A stretch of 64,000 nt of DNA from Raillietiella orientalis (Eukaryota): assembly GCA_036172245.1 (NCBI GenBank), contig JAYWIR010000002.1, positions 5,766,001 through 5,830,000 of the forward strand, in the 5' to 3' direction. Below are positions 51,501-64,000 of the stretch, piece by piece. The notes under the pieces are model-generated. The model ran no database searches. It worked only from the letters and a program-made list of their open reading frames with translations, and was not told where the DNA came from. Position 1 is the stretch's first letter, and each line of letters begins with the position of its first letter. A program made the translations under genes and the position numbers.

Positions 51501-51925
51501 CGCGTATCTCGACGGTTTCGTCGAAGGACAGTTTTTTTCCGGTTGAGAGCCAGCTGCCCCTTCGGGTCAGGGCTGCCCGCCAGCTGTGGTCACCAGCACG
51601 GCTAAGAGGCCGCGACTGGAAAGAACCCCGTGTTTCCCAAAGCTAAGAACCTGCAACGTGAGACACGGAGACCCCCCTTCCTGGAGGAAACAGGTTGAGT
51701 TGGGTCGAGACCCCCTCCCTGGAAGCAACGAGTCTCGATTTTCCGTTGCGGGGGCGTTCACTCGCCTCGCCTTGTCTCGAGGCGGTTGGCGCGCGCCGCC
51801 TCGGTTTCCTCGCGGAAGGAGAGCCGGGGTCGGTTCCCGTCTGCGCGCGCTCTGGAGTTCCGTCCGAAGCGGAACCGGGAAGGATCAGCGTCAGGAGAAG
51901 AAACGGACACGGGAAAGGAATTCAC

Positions 51926-52124
51926 CTTGCAGTCGATCGATTATCTCCTGGCGCCTCTCGTCTTCCTCCGCTACCCGGGAAGAGGACTTGGCGCTGTCCC
52001 CGGCTTTCTGGGAGTGTTCCAGAGCGTTGCAGGTCCGATGGATGAACGAGTACATCTGTTCCTGCTTCTCCTGCTTGGGTATGTCCATCAAAGCCCAATA
52101 CTGCGTCTCCAGCTTCACGACTTC
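51926..52124 (-). CDS. Host gene coding exon B
   Basis: Acceptor gtatttaag|GAA and donor G|GTGAAT; 199 nt. Encodes EVVKLETQYWALMDIPKQEKQEQMYSFIHRTCNALEHSQKAGDSAKSSSRVAEEDERRQEIIDRLQ(G). Its phase-1 end matches the GG start of exon C. Confidence 0.85.
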
Positions 52125-55100
52125 CTTAAATACAAGGCACGAGAAGATGGTGCTGCCGTGAGAAGCCCGCTGGAGGTTTCAAGAAAGGCATTCCCGAGGA
52201 TCAGCCCCGAATTCTTTCAACTCCTTTCGTCTCTCCGACCTAAAGGAGTTTCGCAAAAACGAAACAGAGGTCGGATATCCCGGACGTGCATCTCGTGCAT
52301 GCCGATAGATCTTTCGCTTGAAAGCTCTCAGGAGCAAATCTGTACCGCGAGAATCTCGCCGCTGACACGGGTTGCAATGGTCGCGATTTTCCGGAAGGGC
52401 GTCTCTAGCCAAGGGCGAGGTTCGGGTGCATCTGAGCTTTCACGCCCTCCTCGAGGAAGCTTTGAAACCTTGCCGTTCTTCCTCCACTTTTCTGGTGGCG
52501 GATCAAACTGAGATCAGAAAGACCACTGCCACCGCAAGGCGTGAACAAGTTTCAAATATGCAAGGTCATCATTGGATGAAGAATCGTGCGCAATCAGAGG
52601 GTTCCTTTGGCAGCATCATATTGAATGATTCACAGTTCAGTCTGACTACCGTTAACGGACTGAACACGAAAACGTGCACAGTTGATTTACTGCCACTGTG
52701 TTTGTGCCCCCTTAAAGTGAGATCATAACTTGCCGTTTCATAACGAAATGTCTGCATGCAAGTGTTCTTCCACTCGACGAAACCGAACCGGAAGTGCTCA
52801 TCTACATCGCTGTATGGAACGCTGTGTCACACGCAGTGGCGCGTGCTCCAGGAATCAAGAAAGATAAAATGCGGTGAAAAGCACTTCAAAGAACACGCAA
52901 ATACATTGAGAAGGCGTTTGGGAAATCCCGTGAAGGAAAGGAATTCCTCGGCATTTTCCGCACTTCAGGGTTTTATGCCGCAGTGATTTTCTCCCTAATA
53001 AGAGAACTTTTAGACAGTCGTCTGGGAGCGAGCTCTTCACGCATTAAGGAATTGGAACGTCCCTTCATTCAAGAAACCAAAACTGATTTTTTTGTATGCG
53101 TGCGGATACATTTTTAAACAGTTTCGACAGAAACCCTCCTCAGATCGATGATGCTTCCGTTTAGATGAATTCTGAAAGATGGTAAAGTAGTCATAGGTGA
53201 GCAAGAAGAAAACCGGATTCGTGTTAATTTGGAAACGGTTGAGATTCTCTCAAGAAGAGAGCTTTTGAGTGGTGCACAAGCAGAGCTCTGAAAGTTTAGA
53301 AACATCCAATCAAACCGAACTGGTAGGAGGAGAATGAGGAGCAGCTACAGGCTCATCCCAAGATTTCCCATAGTTTATCTTCCTTTTTTATTTCCTGTCT
53401 ATGGCTCTTAGAGTTCATGGCTCTCTACGAGTCATTCATAACCTTTCCTGTGCGAGCCCGTGTGCAACTAAGTGATGAGACCACTTGAACGCGTGAGCGG
53501 TCGGCGACAACGCAGACAATCCACGCGTCGATCTGTGAGCCATGAACACCCCAATCAAGGTACATGCCGGAAGTACACAGTGCCCCAAGGGAACCCCTTC
53601 AAATCTGGATGTGATCGTCTTCTCCTCCAAGTTGAATACCGCACGAAACCGGTTCGAGAAGGCCGCCGGCAAAACGATCCTGCTGCCTTCAGGGCGATGC
53701 GACGTCGTCACAGAGTGGCAGTCAGAATTCTCAGAATTACAGTAGTTGTCTTCGAGGAGCAAGAATTTACACGGCACAGAATACAGGAATAAAGGAAACG
53801 ATTCTGTATCGCGATGGTCTCCATCTCGAGATTCTGGAGCACCCAGATTCAAGGGAAGCCAAGGGTTTCCTTGGCTTCCCTTGACCTTCAGTGCAGTGGA
53901 TGGTGCGCGTGCGTGGACTTAGTGGCCAACGAAGAGCACGCGTGTCCTCACTTCATAGGTCTCGGTGCACCTTCGAGAACACTTACGTCCTTCTTAATCG
54001 GGAAAGATCTGGTGCAGAAGAAGCGCCTTGGAGAAGCGCATAGAGATGCAGACTCGTCAGCGTCAGCTGACCTCGCCCGCAAGTCGGAGCTTCGTCGTCC
54101 TGAGCCTGCATCTCCTTGCAAGGCACTTTGGAGGTTTGCTTGCCTGCCCTGGCATTTCCCGCTGCACAACGGTGGGAAAAGTTTCGTGGCTGCTCGGAGC
54201 GCAAGAGATGGTATCTCTAAATCGGCGCCTCCGGGCGGAGTTGCTCCGAAGGGCAGCTACATAGCGCCTAACGTGGCAGAGGAACCCTCTTCCTCATAGT
54301 TGTCCCTCAGCTGGAAGGCTTCCTGGTATGTGTGGTGACAAACTGGGATGTGGCATCGCAGCCTCACTGGTTGCGCCTCCAGGAACCTTCAGCAGCTTCG
54401 TCGTGCAGCGTTCACTGCAAGGACGGGGACTCCTTTGGAGGAGGGGGTTTCCGCTCGAGCCGTCAACAGCCAAAGCAAAAGTTCATGGTCCATCCCGCGG
54501 TTCTCAAAAGAGTGGGAGAGAAAGCAGATATTCCAGTCAGTTATGATGGCAGCAGCAGCTGCATTCATCTTCATCCGTCTTGCACTATTTTGAAAGCTTC
54601 TAAAACAAAATGAAGGGGAACGATCCATTGTTTTACGGTTGCTGGAGACAGGAATAATCTTCAACGACCTGCCCAGCTACAAACCCCGATAAAGAACCAC
54701 GAGCGCGAGTGGGTGCTGCGGTCGCTCCTACGCCCGAGCTCAGTGGGGAAATTTCCTAGAAGAGCTCTTGAAGAACTTGGAAAGCTCTGCCCCCTTCTAC
54801 CGTCCAGCCCCGTATCTTCCATTTTCTTCTCTCCTTTTCTTTGCTCTGTTGTTTTCTTGGGAAATTCATGGAGGAGGTCGTGGTGAGACCTTCAAGCGCG
54901 AAAAGGGAAGATAGTCTGGAAGACCTTTTTGAGTCGATAAGGAGTCCGGAGTCCGACGGACGAGTGTTTGGTCAAGAGAGCCATAGCCGAAAAGATGCAC
55001 GTGTTCTAATTCCAGCTGAGGCTCAGCCGACGCGCCTGTCCGAGTCGAGTGGAGGGGAACAGAAAGATTTCCGATCACTGCTGGAGGCGCACGGACTCCG

Positions 55101-55699
55101 GTGCTCGGGGAAACGCCAACCCTTCTGGAATCGAGACTGCATGTACTGCATCTTGTCCGCCAGAGAACGGCTCAGATCTGAGCTGCTGCGATCGGTCGCA
55201 CTTAGCTGAACACGTACATGGTCAAGTAAGAGCCTCCAGCAAGAGAAACGTCTTTGATCTTGAGCGCCCGTGCGCTGACAGTCAGTCAGCTGGTGACGAC
55301 GGAATGCGCTGCTCACCTTGATGCTGAAGACATCATTTGTCTCCGCAAAGGCGAGCCACACGATAGTGGCAAATGACTTTCGTTGTCCTTCCGTTAGAGG
55401 ACAACACCGTCAGGGCGTCCAGGACACCGCGAGATAGATCCTGGAGAGAGCTTTAGCTGGGGTCGCTTGTTCCGTGGTTCCATTGGTCTCTTCCAAAACT
55501 GGACTGCCCTTTCGTCCAAAAATCTCACAAGACACTTCCAAGAACACTCCTCGTGCCGAATCTTTTCCTGCCAAAGTCTTCACGGTGTGAAATTACCTCG
55601 AGCGGCTTTTTATTTTTTGCGTGGCAGTCAAAGCGGGCGTGATCCGTGGTTGCCATCTAAAGTTAGTAGGCGAGAAGCTGTAAATCCCGAATTTGCCGA

Positions 55700-56900
55700 G
55701 GACCACGTGGATGCCAAGGGCTCTCGTGAGCGCGGGGCGTGCGCATGAGAGCTCTTGGCCTACTCTAGGAGCTAGGAGCGTGTTGCTAGGAGAGTAAACG
55801 CGCGGCTCTAGAACGCTATGCGACGCAAGTGTGTCCTTGGAAACTGGAGATACGGAAGGCTGCCGATTTTTCGCGTCGGCTGCTCCCGCGTCGGCTTTCG
55901 TGCCTGGCGAGGACCAGCTGGCGCGAGGGTGGACGAACGAACGCTCTGGATGAGAGGACAAGCCTTTTTTCTCCACCGACCGACGTCAACCACCACCAGA
56001 TCGCAAAGCGCCCATGAGAGCTGGAGTTGCTCCCCGGATTGTGGGCGCTGCCTCCCATCGGGAACGACTTTCGGCGCGAAGAACAAGAAGAGTCTACTGA
56101 GCACCAATGAAAGACGGATTCTTAGTTTCAGCGGCGGAGCAACGTCGCTTCGTTTGGCTAGTGGGTCAGTCTTCGTAGTGTGGCTGGCGGCGCAGCCACA
56201 CCACGAAGTCACCCAAGCTGGTGTAGTCCTCGTCCCCGTTTTGACTTCGGTCAGCTGTCCTCCCCACCGGGAAAATCAGAATCCGGGTGCTGCCCCCTAC
56301 ATACTCGAAGCACTTGAAACCAAAGACCAGTCAGAATCTTCGGCTGGGAGAGGAGGATGTAGGTTCTCTGATGGGAAGTGGAAATGCCGCTGGGTCTGCA
56401 GGACCGCATCCTGCATGTCCATCACGTCGTGAGTGCGTTCGCTCTCGGTTCCGGTTCGCCTACTGCCTTGGCCTTTCTCTTCTGCCGACTCTTTGCTGTT
56501 CGCGGGTGCCGAGAAATCCCACCGAGGATCAGGGAGGGTCATCCCGATCCTGCGACCTTCTCCTCTTCGGGAGACTCCTCCCTTCCTCCGCCTCGACGCG
56601 ACGTAGTCATCCGGTGGAGCCCGCAGGGCGCGCGCGCACTTCCGGGATGCTGCTGGAAAAGTCCGCAGGTAGGTAACGGTGTCACTTCGGGTGTTTCCTG
56701 GGCTCCGCCTCCTAGTGGTGGTGTTGTGCTTCTAGAGGACTCGCTGCGCCCGCCCGTCTCGCACCGCTTCAGAGAGGGAGAACTTTCGTAGGCTGGGGCG
56801 TTCCCTGCATCTTCACTCCCGCTTGAGACTCCAAGTCTTGCCGGTACTTCTGCTGCAATTCTGATTAGAGATGGTCCTTTATCTTGAGCGCTGACACCTG
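55700..56900 (-). mobile_element. Decayed LINE ORF2 (late RT/thumb) fragment
   Basis: KLRIRLSLVLSRLFLFFAPKVVP resembles GRxLxxxSLVLSKLxY..P. Confidence 0.35.
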
Positions 56901-56959
56901 GAGAGGTTTCTCAGAACCTTCTTTGGGACCTCAAACCGATACCTCCAACGAAGTCATCT

Positions 56960-57870
56960 TTTTCCTTTTTTTTTCTGACCATGCTCTTCCCTTTCCCTTG
57001 CAGGGCGGATCCCTGCCATCCATTTGCTCCGCTTTTCTTTTCAAAAAAGAGGGGGAACACGGTCTCCAGCCTTCCCCAGGGACCTGGAGTCCGGTAGTCT
57101 GCGGCGAGGAGTCAGGTCAGCTAAGTAGCTCAAGAACCGTCTGGCGCCTGGAGGCGGCCGAGGCAGCTCTTTGATACCGTTCCACGCAACCCAAGGGTGC
57201 GCGTAATTCTTCAAGATAAGGGGTACCCCTAGAGGAGACTGCCCTGTGAATTCGGGAAGGACTCGAAGTTCGTTCCTCTTACACCTGGGGAGGGTTCTCC
57301 GAAGACGGGAATCAGCTTCATCCTCTTCCTTATTTTCTCCTCCTCAGGTCTATCTCCTTTCTTATCCTCTTCTTTATTCTCTCTGAAAGGGTTCGCTTTA
57401 TTTTTTCTTCTCCGGAGGGAACCCGCAAGGAAACCGCTTCTCTTTTACTCCTCTGAAGAGAACCTCGAAGATACGTTCCCGAAATTTGGAAGGGCTCTGC
57501 TTCTTGAAGGGATCGGCTCGCTTCTCTGCACTTTCTGGAGGGGTAGCGACACACCTACTCCACGGAGGGCTTCCTTCGAAGGGGGACGTCCGCTCCTTTG
57601 CGCAACCGGAGAAGGAACTCCCCACTCTTTGATTCCTGGAAGGACCTCGGAGGGTCGACTCCCATTGTCCTAGCTCTCATTGGGGGCATCCGGTTTTAGC
57701 TGCTGCCAGTACCACCGCACCCGAATGAATGCAGCGTCATCTTGCGGGAGGAACTCAAGCCCACGACGCACCCCCATCTCGGCGCCGATTCTTTCCTAGC
57801 ATTCGAACTCGCGACGCTTGGTGGTGCCACGCGCGGAGACCGTGACCACGTGGTCCCCGACGCAGGCAGG
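56960..57870 (-). mobile_element. tRNA-headed element copy 3
   Basis: GAGTTCGAAT (complement of 57801-57810); body RIFEVLFRGVKEKRFPCGFPP and SPLGVPLS*RITRTLGLRGTV (ORF1 RRM-like); nucleotide homology to copies 1 and 2 (e.g. ccggagggaacccgcaagg shared with copy 2). Confidence 0.65.
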
Positions 57871-60202
57871 AGTCAGGTCAGCTTGCACGTCTTTCGGTGC
57901 ACCTCCTGTCTGACCTTGATTGTGCGAGGTGGGTCGGCCACCATCGACTGGCTGATTCCCCTGTTGCGGAGCGTGACGTCGTCAAACCTCGGTCTGGCGC
58001 TGCCGCGGTCCGATTAAAGGAAATCGAACTTGGCGCTGTTCCACTAGACAGTGCCAGCAAGACAACTGAAGCGGGGCGCTGCCCCAAGAGAGCCAGCGGG
58101 CCTCCTCTTCCTCGAGGGCACCCACCATCCGCTCGAGGATTGAAAAACCGATGAAGCTTTCAGAGTTCAGGTTTTCCCTATTCTGCCGCGTAGCCACAGT
58201 ACCAATCTCGAAGTTTAGTCCTCCCGGTCCTGCAAGTTTTCGATCTCCTGACGGCCGGCTCTTCCTTGGAAGCGTCGCTAGGAAACCGCTCCTTCCGAAG
58301 CAGAGAAACAAGCGTTCGCGTTCAGGAAGCTCCAGGCAGCAGCTGCTTTCGTTCATCTCTCGTGGGCGTCTCGTAGCAATACCGACGTCCCGGAAATGTT
58401 TGCCCCTCTCCCTGTAGGCCCGTGCTCCTCCGAAACGGCCCGCGTTTGGTTCTGCGGGGCCGCTGTGCTCTATCTCGACGCGGGCAGCGAACTCCATGGT
58501 CGAGCCGTCGCAGCTGCCGGCTCGCTGACCCGCTGGGAGCGTGGGGGATGGGGGGATCTGTTACTGCGCTTTCGCGGAGACGCCACGGACCCTTGGCGCT
58601 CCCAGCATCCCGCCATGCCAGACTGCTTGCTTCGATCTTTCCCGTTGTGCCTACGGAAGCGCCGCGCCCTGGTCCAGCAGCAGCCGCGCGTGCGCGCTCC
58701 TGCGCTCCATTTCCTCTGCTGGAAGCCGCTGCTCGCATCGGTCTAAGGACCTCTCTCCCGAGCTCAGTCTCTCCCCTTCTTTCCTGATCGGGAGACCGGA
58801 TGGGGAAAATTTCCTTCCGCAATCCCTTCCCATCCAGTTTCGATTGTGGAAGGCAGGAAGCAGGATTTTCCACGCAATCCTTCGATGGTCCCGGGTCTCC
58901 TTCCCGGAGAGACGGCGATCACGTGCTCTGGCGACCAGGCCAGATGTCATCCCAAATCAGCTCAGATGAGGATGATGCAGGAGGAAGGCAGTCCGCTCCT
59001 CGCAGCGGAACGAGGTTTCCTGAGCGCTCATCCTCTCGAGAGCGAACGCAGGTCAGGAGTGGCGTTTACGAGGAAAGTCCTCCTGAGGCTGCCTGACCGC
59101 CGGGAACGACGGTCGTCTCTCGCGTCCCTTCCGATCCCGTAAATCACGAGAAGAAGAGAGGGGGAGAAGGGGGGAGAGGCGAAGGAAAGGGAAAGCTGAA
59201 CTCGGGATGAAGGGGTCATCAGGAAGCATCCGCTGATGGGAGCCGCCCAAGCGCACGAGAGAGAAAACCCCGTGTTCGCTGGGTTCGAAGAGAAGCGCCA
59301 CCGATCCACAGAACCAGATCCACATGGTTAATCCGTGCCAGGTGGCACCGACCACGAGGATTCCACTTGCATCGAGGTTGCGGACACCTCGATGAGCGAA
59401 GGGTGATCGGCAGAAACGCAGAACGACTGGCCGTTTGCGGAACTGGCGCCGCGTGGCAACACCGGCAGGACCGCTGCTGCTACGTAACTGCCTGGAAACC
59501 GCGAACGCGCGTGTAATTGCTTTCCACAATTGCAATTAAAGGAAGTCGCGAAAGTACTGCCGACCGGGCTGCCGGAGGGATTCCAGGAAAAAAAGCTGAT
59601 CGATAACCATAGCGTTCTGGGTAAACGTCGACGCAGAAAATGCTTGCGTTCGTATCCAAGGCAACTGCTCCCGGTCTGCCGGAACCCCCCTCCGCACTTG
59701 TTCGTACAATCGCTAGTTCACACCGTTTGTCTGGAATCAGACTTGCTGGCCCCCGGACCTTTGGGTCGAGGATGCAACGGCAAGAAACCGTGGCTGGAAA
59801 TTCTTGGTCCGCTCTCCCAAGCCCAAGTGGGTCGTTTTCGTAGGTTCACGCGATTGAATCCGGAGAAGAAGGCGAACCGTTTTTGCAGTGTTGCACTTCT
59901 GGGACTACCTTGTTTCTATGAAGAAAATCCACCTCTTCTGCGGAAACACCACGTTCCTTTGGCACCCCTGCCGTGCCAGGCAGCTGCTTTGACCTTTCCT
60001 GATTTGCCTATGGAAGCTTGAGTCCAGCTTCCACGCGCGCGCGCACGCGCTTCACTTCCCCGTTCCAGAAGCAGCCCTAGATGGGCAGGAAGTTCACCCG
60101 AGAACTGTCACCCGAGGGCGGCTGTTTCGCGGCCGCGTGGGCACCGTCGTCCGGAAAGCGCTTTCCCCGTTCTGGCGCTCGCGCTACCCGATTTCCACTC
60201 AC

Positions 60203-60384
60203 CTTGATCATGGACTTCAGGAAAGCATAGCGACTCCATATGTTCCGGATCTCTTTGCTTTCGTCGTACTTGTTGTGCAGGTTGATCAAGGAGTGCTTCG
60301 CTACATCGTACGAGTCTTCCACGCGGACTCGCACGATTTTCAGCTTCAAGTGGCTTTCTATCGCCTCTTCGCGGGTATGTCCGG
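60203..60384 (-). CDS. Host gene, first identifiable coding exon (A) of a conserved uncharacterised helical protein
   Basis: Acceptor ttttttcttctcctattccag|CC and donor AAG|GTGAGT. Encodes GHTREEAIESHLKLKIVRVRVEDSYDVAKHSLINLHNKYDESKEIRNIWSRYAFLKSMIK and ends in phase 0, matching exon B. It starts in phase 1, so an upstream exon is needed (not resolved). Confidence 0.85.
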
Positions 60385-62565
60385 CTGGAATAGGAGAAGA
60401 AAAAATGTCGTATTTCCCCCAGAGTTTGTAAGACCCCCCACCCAAAAAAAAAAAAAAAATTCCAACTGACAGACTTTCAGTTTCGGTGCAAATCGCTCCG
60501 GTCATCGGATGGTGATGCGCTCACGTCTCCCTAGATGGCACTGCGGGCGATGCCATCTCCGTGTGCTTCGGGGAGGTTCGCTGTCGATGTGGATCCGTTT
60601 CGTGCAAACTTTCCATCAAGCTGCATCCACGTGGAATTCGAAGCGCGAGGGGACAAAAAGAAAATGGAACTGACCCTCAAAGCAATTGGCCGAAAGCATC
60701 AGGAACCTCACCGATGCGTTTGCTCTGTGACTACTCTTCCACTGCCTAATCGCGGTTGTCTGCGGATGAGCTGCTGCTAAGGAATTTTGATTCTGCTTGG
60801 GAGACGCTGCTTGTTTTTCCTCCGCAAAACGGGAGGCTCCTCTAGGTTACTCTCCGTCTCCGACGTCTGTCTGTGCTTTCTTATTGGCCCGAAGGGGACA
60901 TCCCGTGTGGTTTTCTGTGTAGGGAGACAAAGCTTGTCGGACTGATACGCGAAGGATGAGTACTCTGTGGAATTCATTCCATCCATCAAGCTCCGACTCC
61001 TCTTCTTCAGACACCAACGCCCTCATCATCTTGTCCTGGAGTTGGGAGAGCCCGAGCAGGCGTTTCTTTCTCTCCACTTCCGTGTTCTTCCCGCTCGTGC
61101 TCCCGCTCTTCTCTTCCTCGGTCACGCCAGCCGCTTCCTCGGTCCCCCTTTAACCCATTTGATCCTTCCGGACTATTTCTGTACAGAAGTCGTCCGGAGG
61201 ATATGCACAGTGAAACCGATGGAGTTATGGACAGAAGCCGTGCATCGTTACCTAGAAAACCCTCTCGTGAGCCGTCGTTCGCACGCTCAGCTTGCCCCGG
61301 CCTTTAATTTTTCAGCCAGGGAACGTCAAGCATGCGAATATCCCAGGTCACGTTCCCTGTTCTGGTGAGCAGGCGGTTCGATACGCTTGGAGGACACTTC
61401 GTGGCGATGGGAAGGGCCGGCACCGAAGGATCAAAGAGCATGCGATGCTTTGATCATCCGTAGCTCCTTCTCCGTGATAAAGAGCGTACCGAAATGCGTT
61501 CAGAAACACTCCTCCAGAAAGGAATCTTCTTCACTCCTCCAGACTCTGGAGCAAAGGCGTTCCATCCACTTTCTTGTATATTGATGCCGGCAGCTACCCT
61601 ATTTCTCATCCTGCGTGGTTGCATGGGAAGCTCCGAAGCTTCCACAGGAACGTGCAAGCACTCGCCAAATCCTCTTCGTCTCCATGGAGACCTTGTTATG
61701 GATGACGGCGGCGTTCGCAAGGTTCTGAGAGCGTACACCAGAGAGAAAGCACCTCTGCAGCTGCTCCGGTGAGCAGAGGGGTTCCTAGAGGTTCTGCACG
61801 TTCCTTGCGAATCTTTCGTCGAAGGGAAAACTCCAGCGGGAAACGAGGACGGGGATGGTCTGCATCGAGACGTTCAGCTTCACAGGGAAAAATACGCTCT
61901 TGCGCGTTTCTCCCGGTCGAAGAATTCACCCTGCCCAGCGGTTCGATAGGATTTCGAGGGACTTCAAAAAGGGGAAGGCGTGCCTGCTTTGCCTAATCCA
62001 AAATTCATTAGAATGGGTAATTATTAGTTGCATAATGAGATGGGATGGCCAAGTTGCCGTGACGTAAAACAAGTTCGAGAGTTATTTCGGTCATCCTTCA
62101 GTTTCCTTCCTTTGAATTAATGAGGCACCATCTTAGAAAAAGAGCTTGTCGCCAATGGAAACGGTTTCTGCACGACCGGAGGATCCTCATGCCATTACGA
62201 AACGCATGCGTAGAAAGTGGATTGCTAGAAAGCAGCTCGTCTTCAGCAAAGACCGTTCTGAAAACCCACGATGAGTTTAAGCAGAAAATCTCAGAGGTCC
62301 AAGACTAGCGCTATCGAATGCGCGCGGATGCTCGCAGGGAATTCTCAGATGTACACGAATTTTAGACGAACCTTTGATCGAGAATCTGCGAATGCTCGCT
62401 CGCGAGGTACACGTGTCCGTGCCGTGAACGTGGAAGGGGCAGGCGTACGTGACCTCATGTGTAATATGTTAATTGAATAATAGTCAACCACCTTCACGTG
62501 AGGGTTGCGTTACTGAGGCGATCATCAATATCCCTGATACGTGCTTCGGTTACGGCCGTAAATAA

Positions 62566-63000
62566 TTGCGCCTAGTCATTCAGATTCGGGATGTTCTCAG
62601 GAACGTCCATCCGCTCGGAGGAGACTCGGAGCCGATTCCTGTTACATTAGAAGTCCACATCCATCTTGCATTACAAGAAACACCCCAACAGCCGTGCCAC
62701 TTCCTGAAACCTCGAGACTGCTTACCCCACCCATGTCATCATCGTTACTGCTCTCCGACATTGCCACCGGACGCGCCCTCATTATATTTACAAGGATCTC
62801 ATGAAACTCATCCCCTTTATACCTACTCCAGGCGAGCGGACCCAATGTTGGAGTCTCCATACCTACTATTCCCTGAGTGAAGCAATAATGGCATACAAGC
62901 TTGACTACCTTAACCTGACTTTATGCTGACGAGTGACTGCAAAATCACTAATCCGCCAACCTTTTCTCCTTCACCTTTCATGCTAGCAGACTGCGACCTA
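62566..63000 (+). mobile_element. LINE AP-endonuclease remnant
   Basis: VLRNVHPL..HIHLALQET (WNVxGL..LQET-like) and FMLADCD (GDFN-like). Confidence 0.4.
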
Positions 63001-64000
63001 TTCTTCCATAGCCAACACTTCCTCTGATAACCCTTTCCCTGAGCTGCCTTATGCACGGCGAGTATTCTCCTCCTGCTTCAATCTTATTTGCAGTCTCAGA
63101 TGGACCTTTCTGCGCCAGAGGTCTGAGACGAAAGCCTTCGTTCCAGGATCTCGTACGTCCTCCGGAGACGAAAGCGGATTTAAACTCTCATGGTACCAAA
63201 ATAAGGAGTGACCTAGCAAAGTAATCCTGGGGCGCGCAAGTTAGTGTCTTACTATTGCTTCTAAGTCATGTCCAGACCTAAGAAAGGGGGATTCTGTTCA
63301 TCCGGGAAATTAGTACCATCCACTAATTCAAAGTAGAGAGTTGCATGTGCCTCAGAAGAAGAGGAAAAGAGGAAGCATTTTTATGAGCTCAGAGGACCAA
63401 AGAGCGAATTCATCCTGGAACTCTTTTTGCTCTTGTGGCGGCTGCACAATGTTCCTAGCGATTTGGCTCTCAGGAGTCCAATTTCAATGGATACGGATGC
63501 TGTCGATGAAATCCAACTTGAGGATGAACATACCAGCTGTTTGAGAACGGAACTGAAAAGTGCTGCTGGAAAGGAGCAAATACTGAATCATCATGAAGAA
63601 AAAAGAGGAGCACACCTTCCTCCTAGCATTGTATGACAAATCACATGGACTCGTGAAATAGGGATGCTGGAATCTTCCGTTCAAGTTATTCTTCACATTT
63701 ATGCAAGTTTCTGTACAGATAGATTCCCATGATCGGTCAGGTTAAATTTGAAGACAGAATTTTCTTTTGCTCTTCCAAGGAAATCTTCAGCAGAATATGT
63801 GTTCATTTTGGGGATCCTCAAGATTTGGCATGGGATGCTGTTGCATGCGCCACTCACGTAATTGAGGATCCTGTTTCAAGGCATCTGTGGGCCAGAAAAT
63901 TGAGATTTCAAGTTGGAGATCTCTGAAATTCCTCTTCCTGAGCTCTCAGGCATTGCTTTCAGTTGATCTTCTCAACAGTCTTGTTCAGAATAGGTGAACT

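Noticed and set aside
60847..61125. Definite 5' exon of the host gene
   Set aside because: Composition looks coding, but there is no clear acceptor or ATG start and no phase-1 GT donor compatible with exon A; left unassigned.

Overview
Eukaryotic genomic DNA, probably arthropod (inferred only from my recollection of the host protein family, not from a search). One intact host gene is visible on the minus strand. It has four spliced coding exons (60384-60203, 52124-51926, 42194-42088, 36420-36298) with GT-AG junctions whose phases match, and introns of 8.1, 9.7 and 5.7 kb; its 5' exon(s) are unresolved. Almost everything else is decayed, nested L1/Tx1-type non-LTR retrotransposons (ORF1 zinc knuckles, APE, RT and C-terminal CCHC remnants), STAND/NACHT-like NTPase remnants, microsatellites and a few very AT-rich islands. 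The main signal is at 19.4-26.2 kb. There, 5'-truncated copies of a Tx1-like family have inserted three times, always antisense and at the same nucleotide, into the DLxKAFD-coding motif of the reverse transcriptase of related copies, leaving 13-15 bp target-site duplications. Other notable features are conserved 3'-UTR stem-loops with compensatory changes, a LINE-like ORF1 fused behind a tRNA-like head (3 copies), and AT-rich islands whose long frames are broken only by TGA (possibly foreign DNA using genetic code 4). Boundaries of the decayed elements are approximate, and all family assignments come from motifs recognised by eye.
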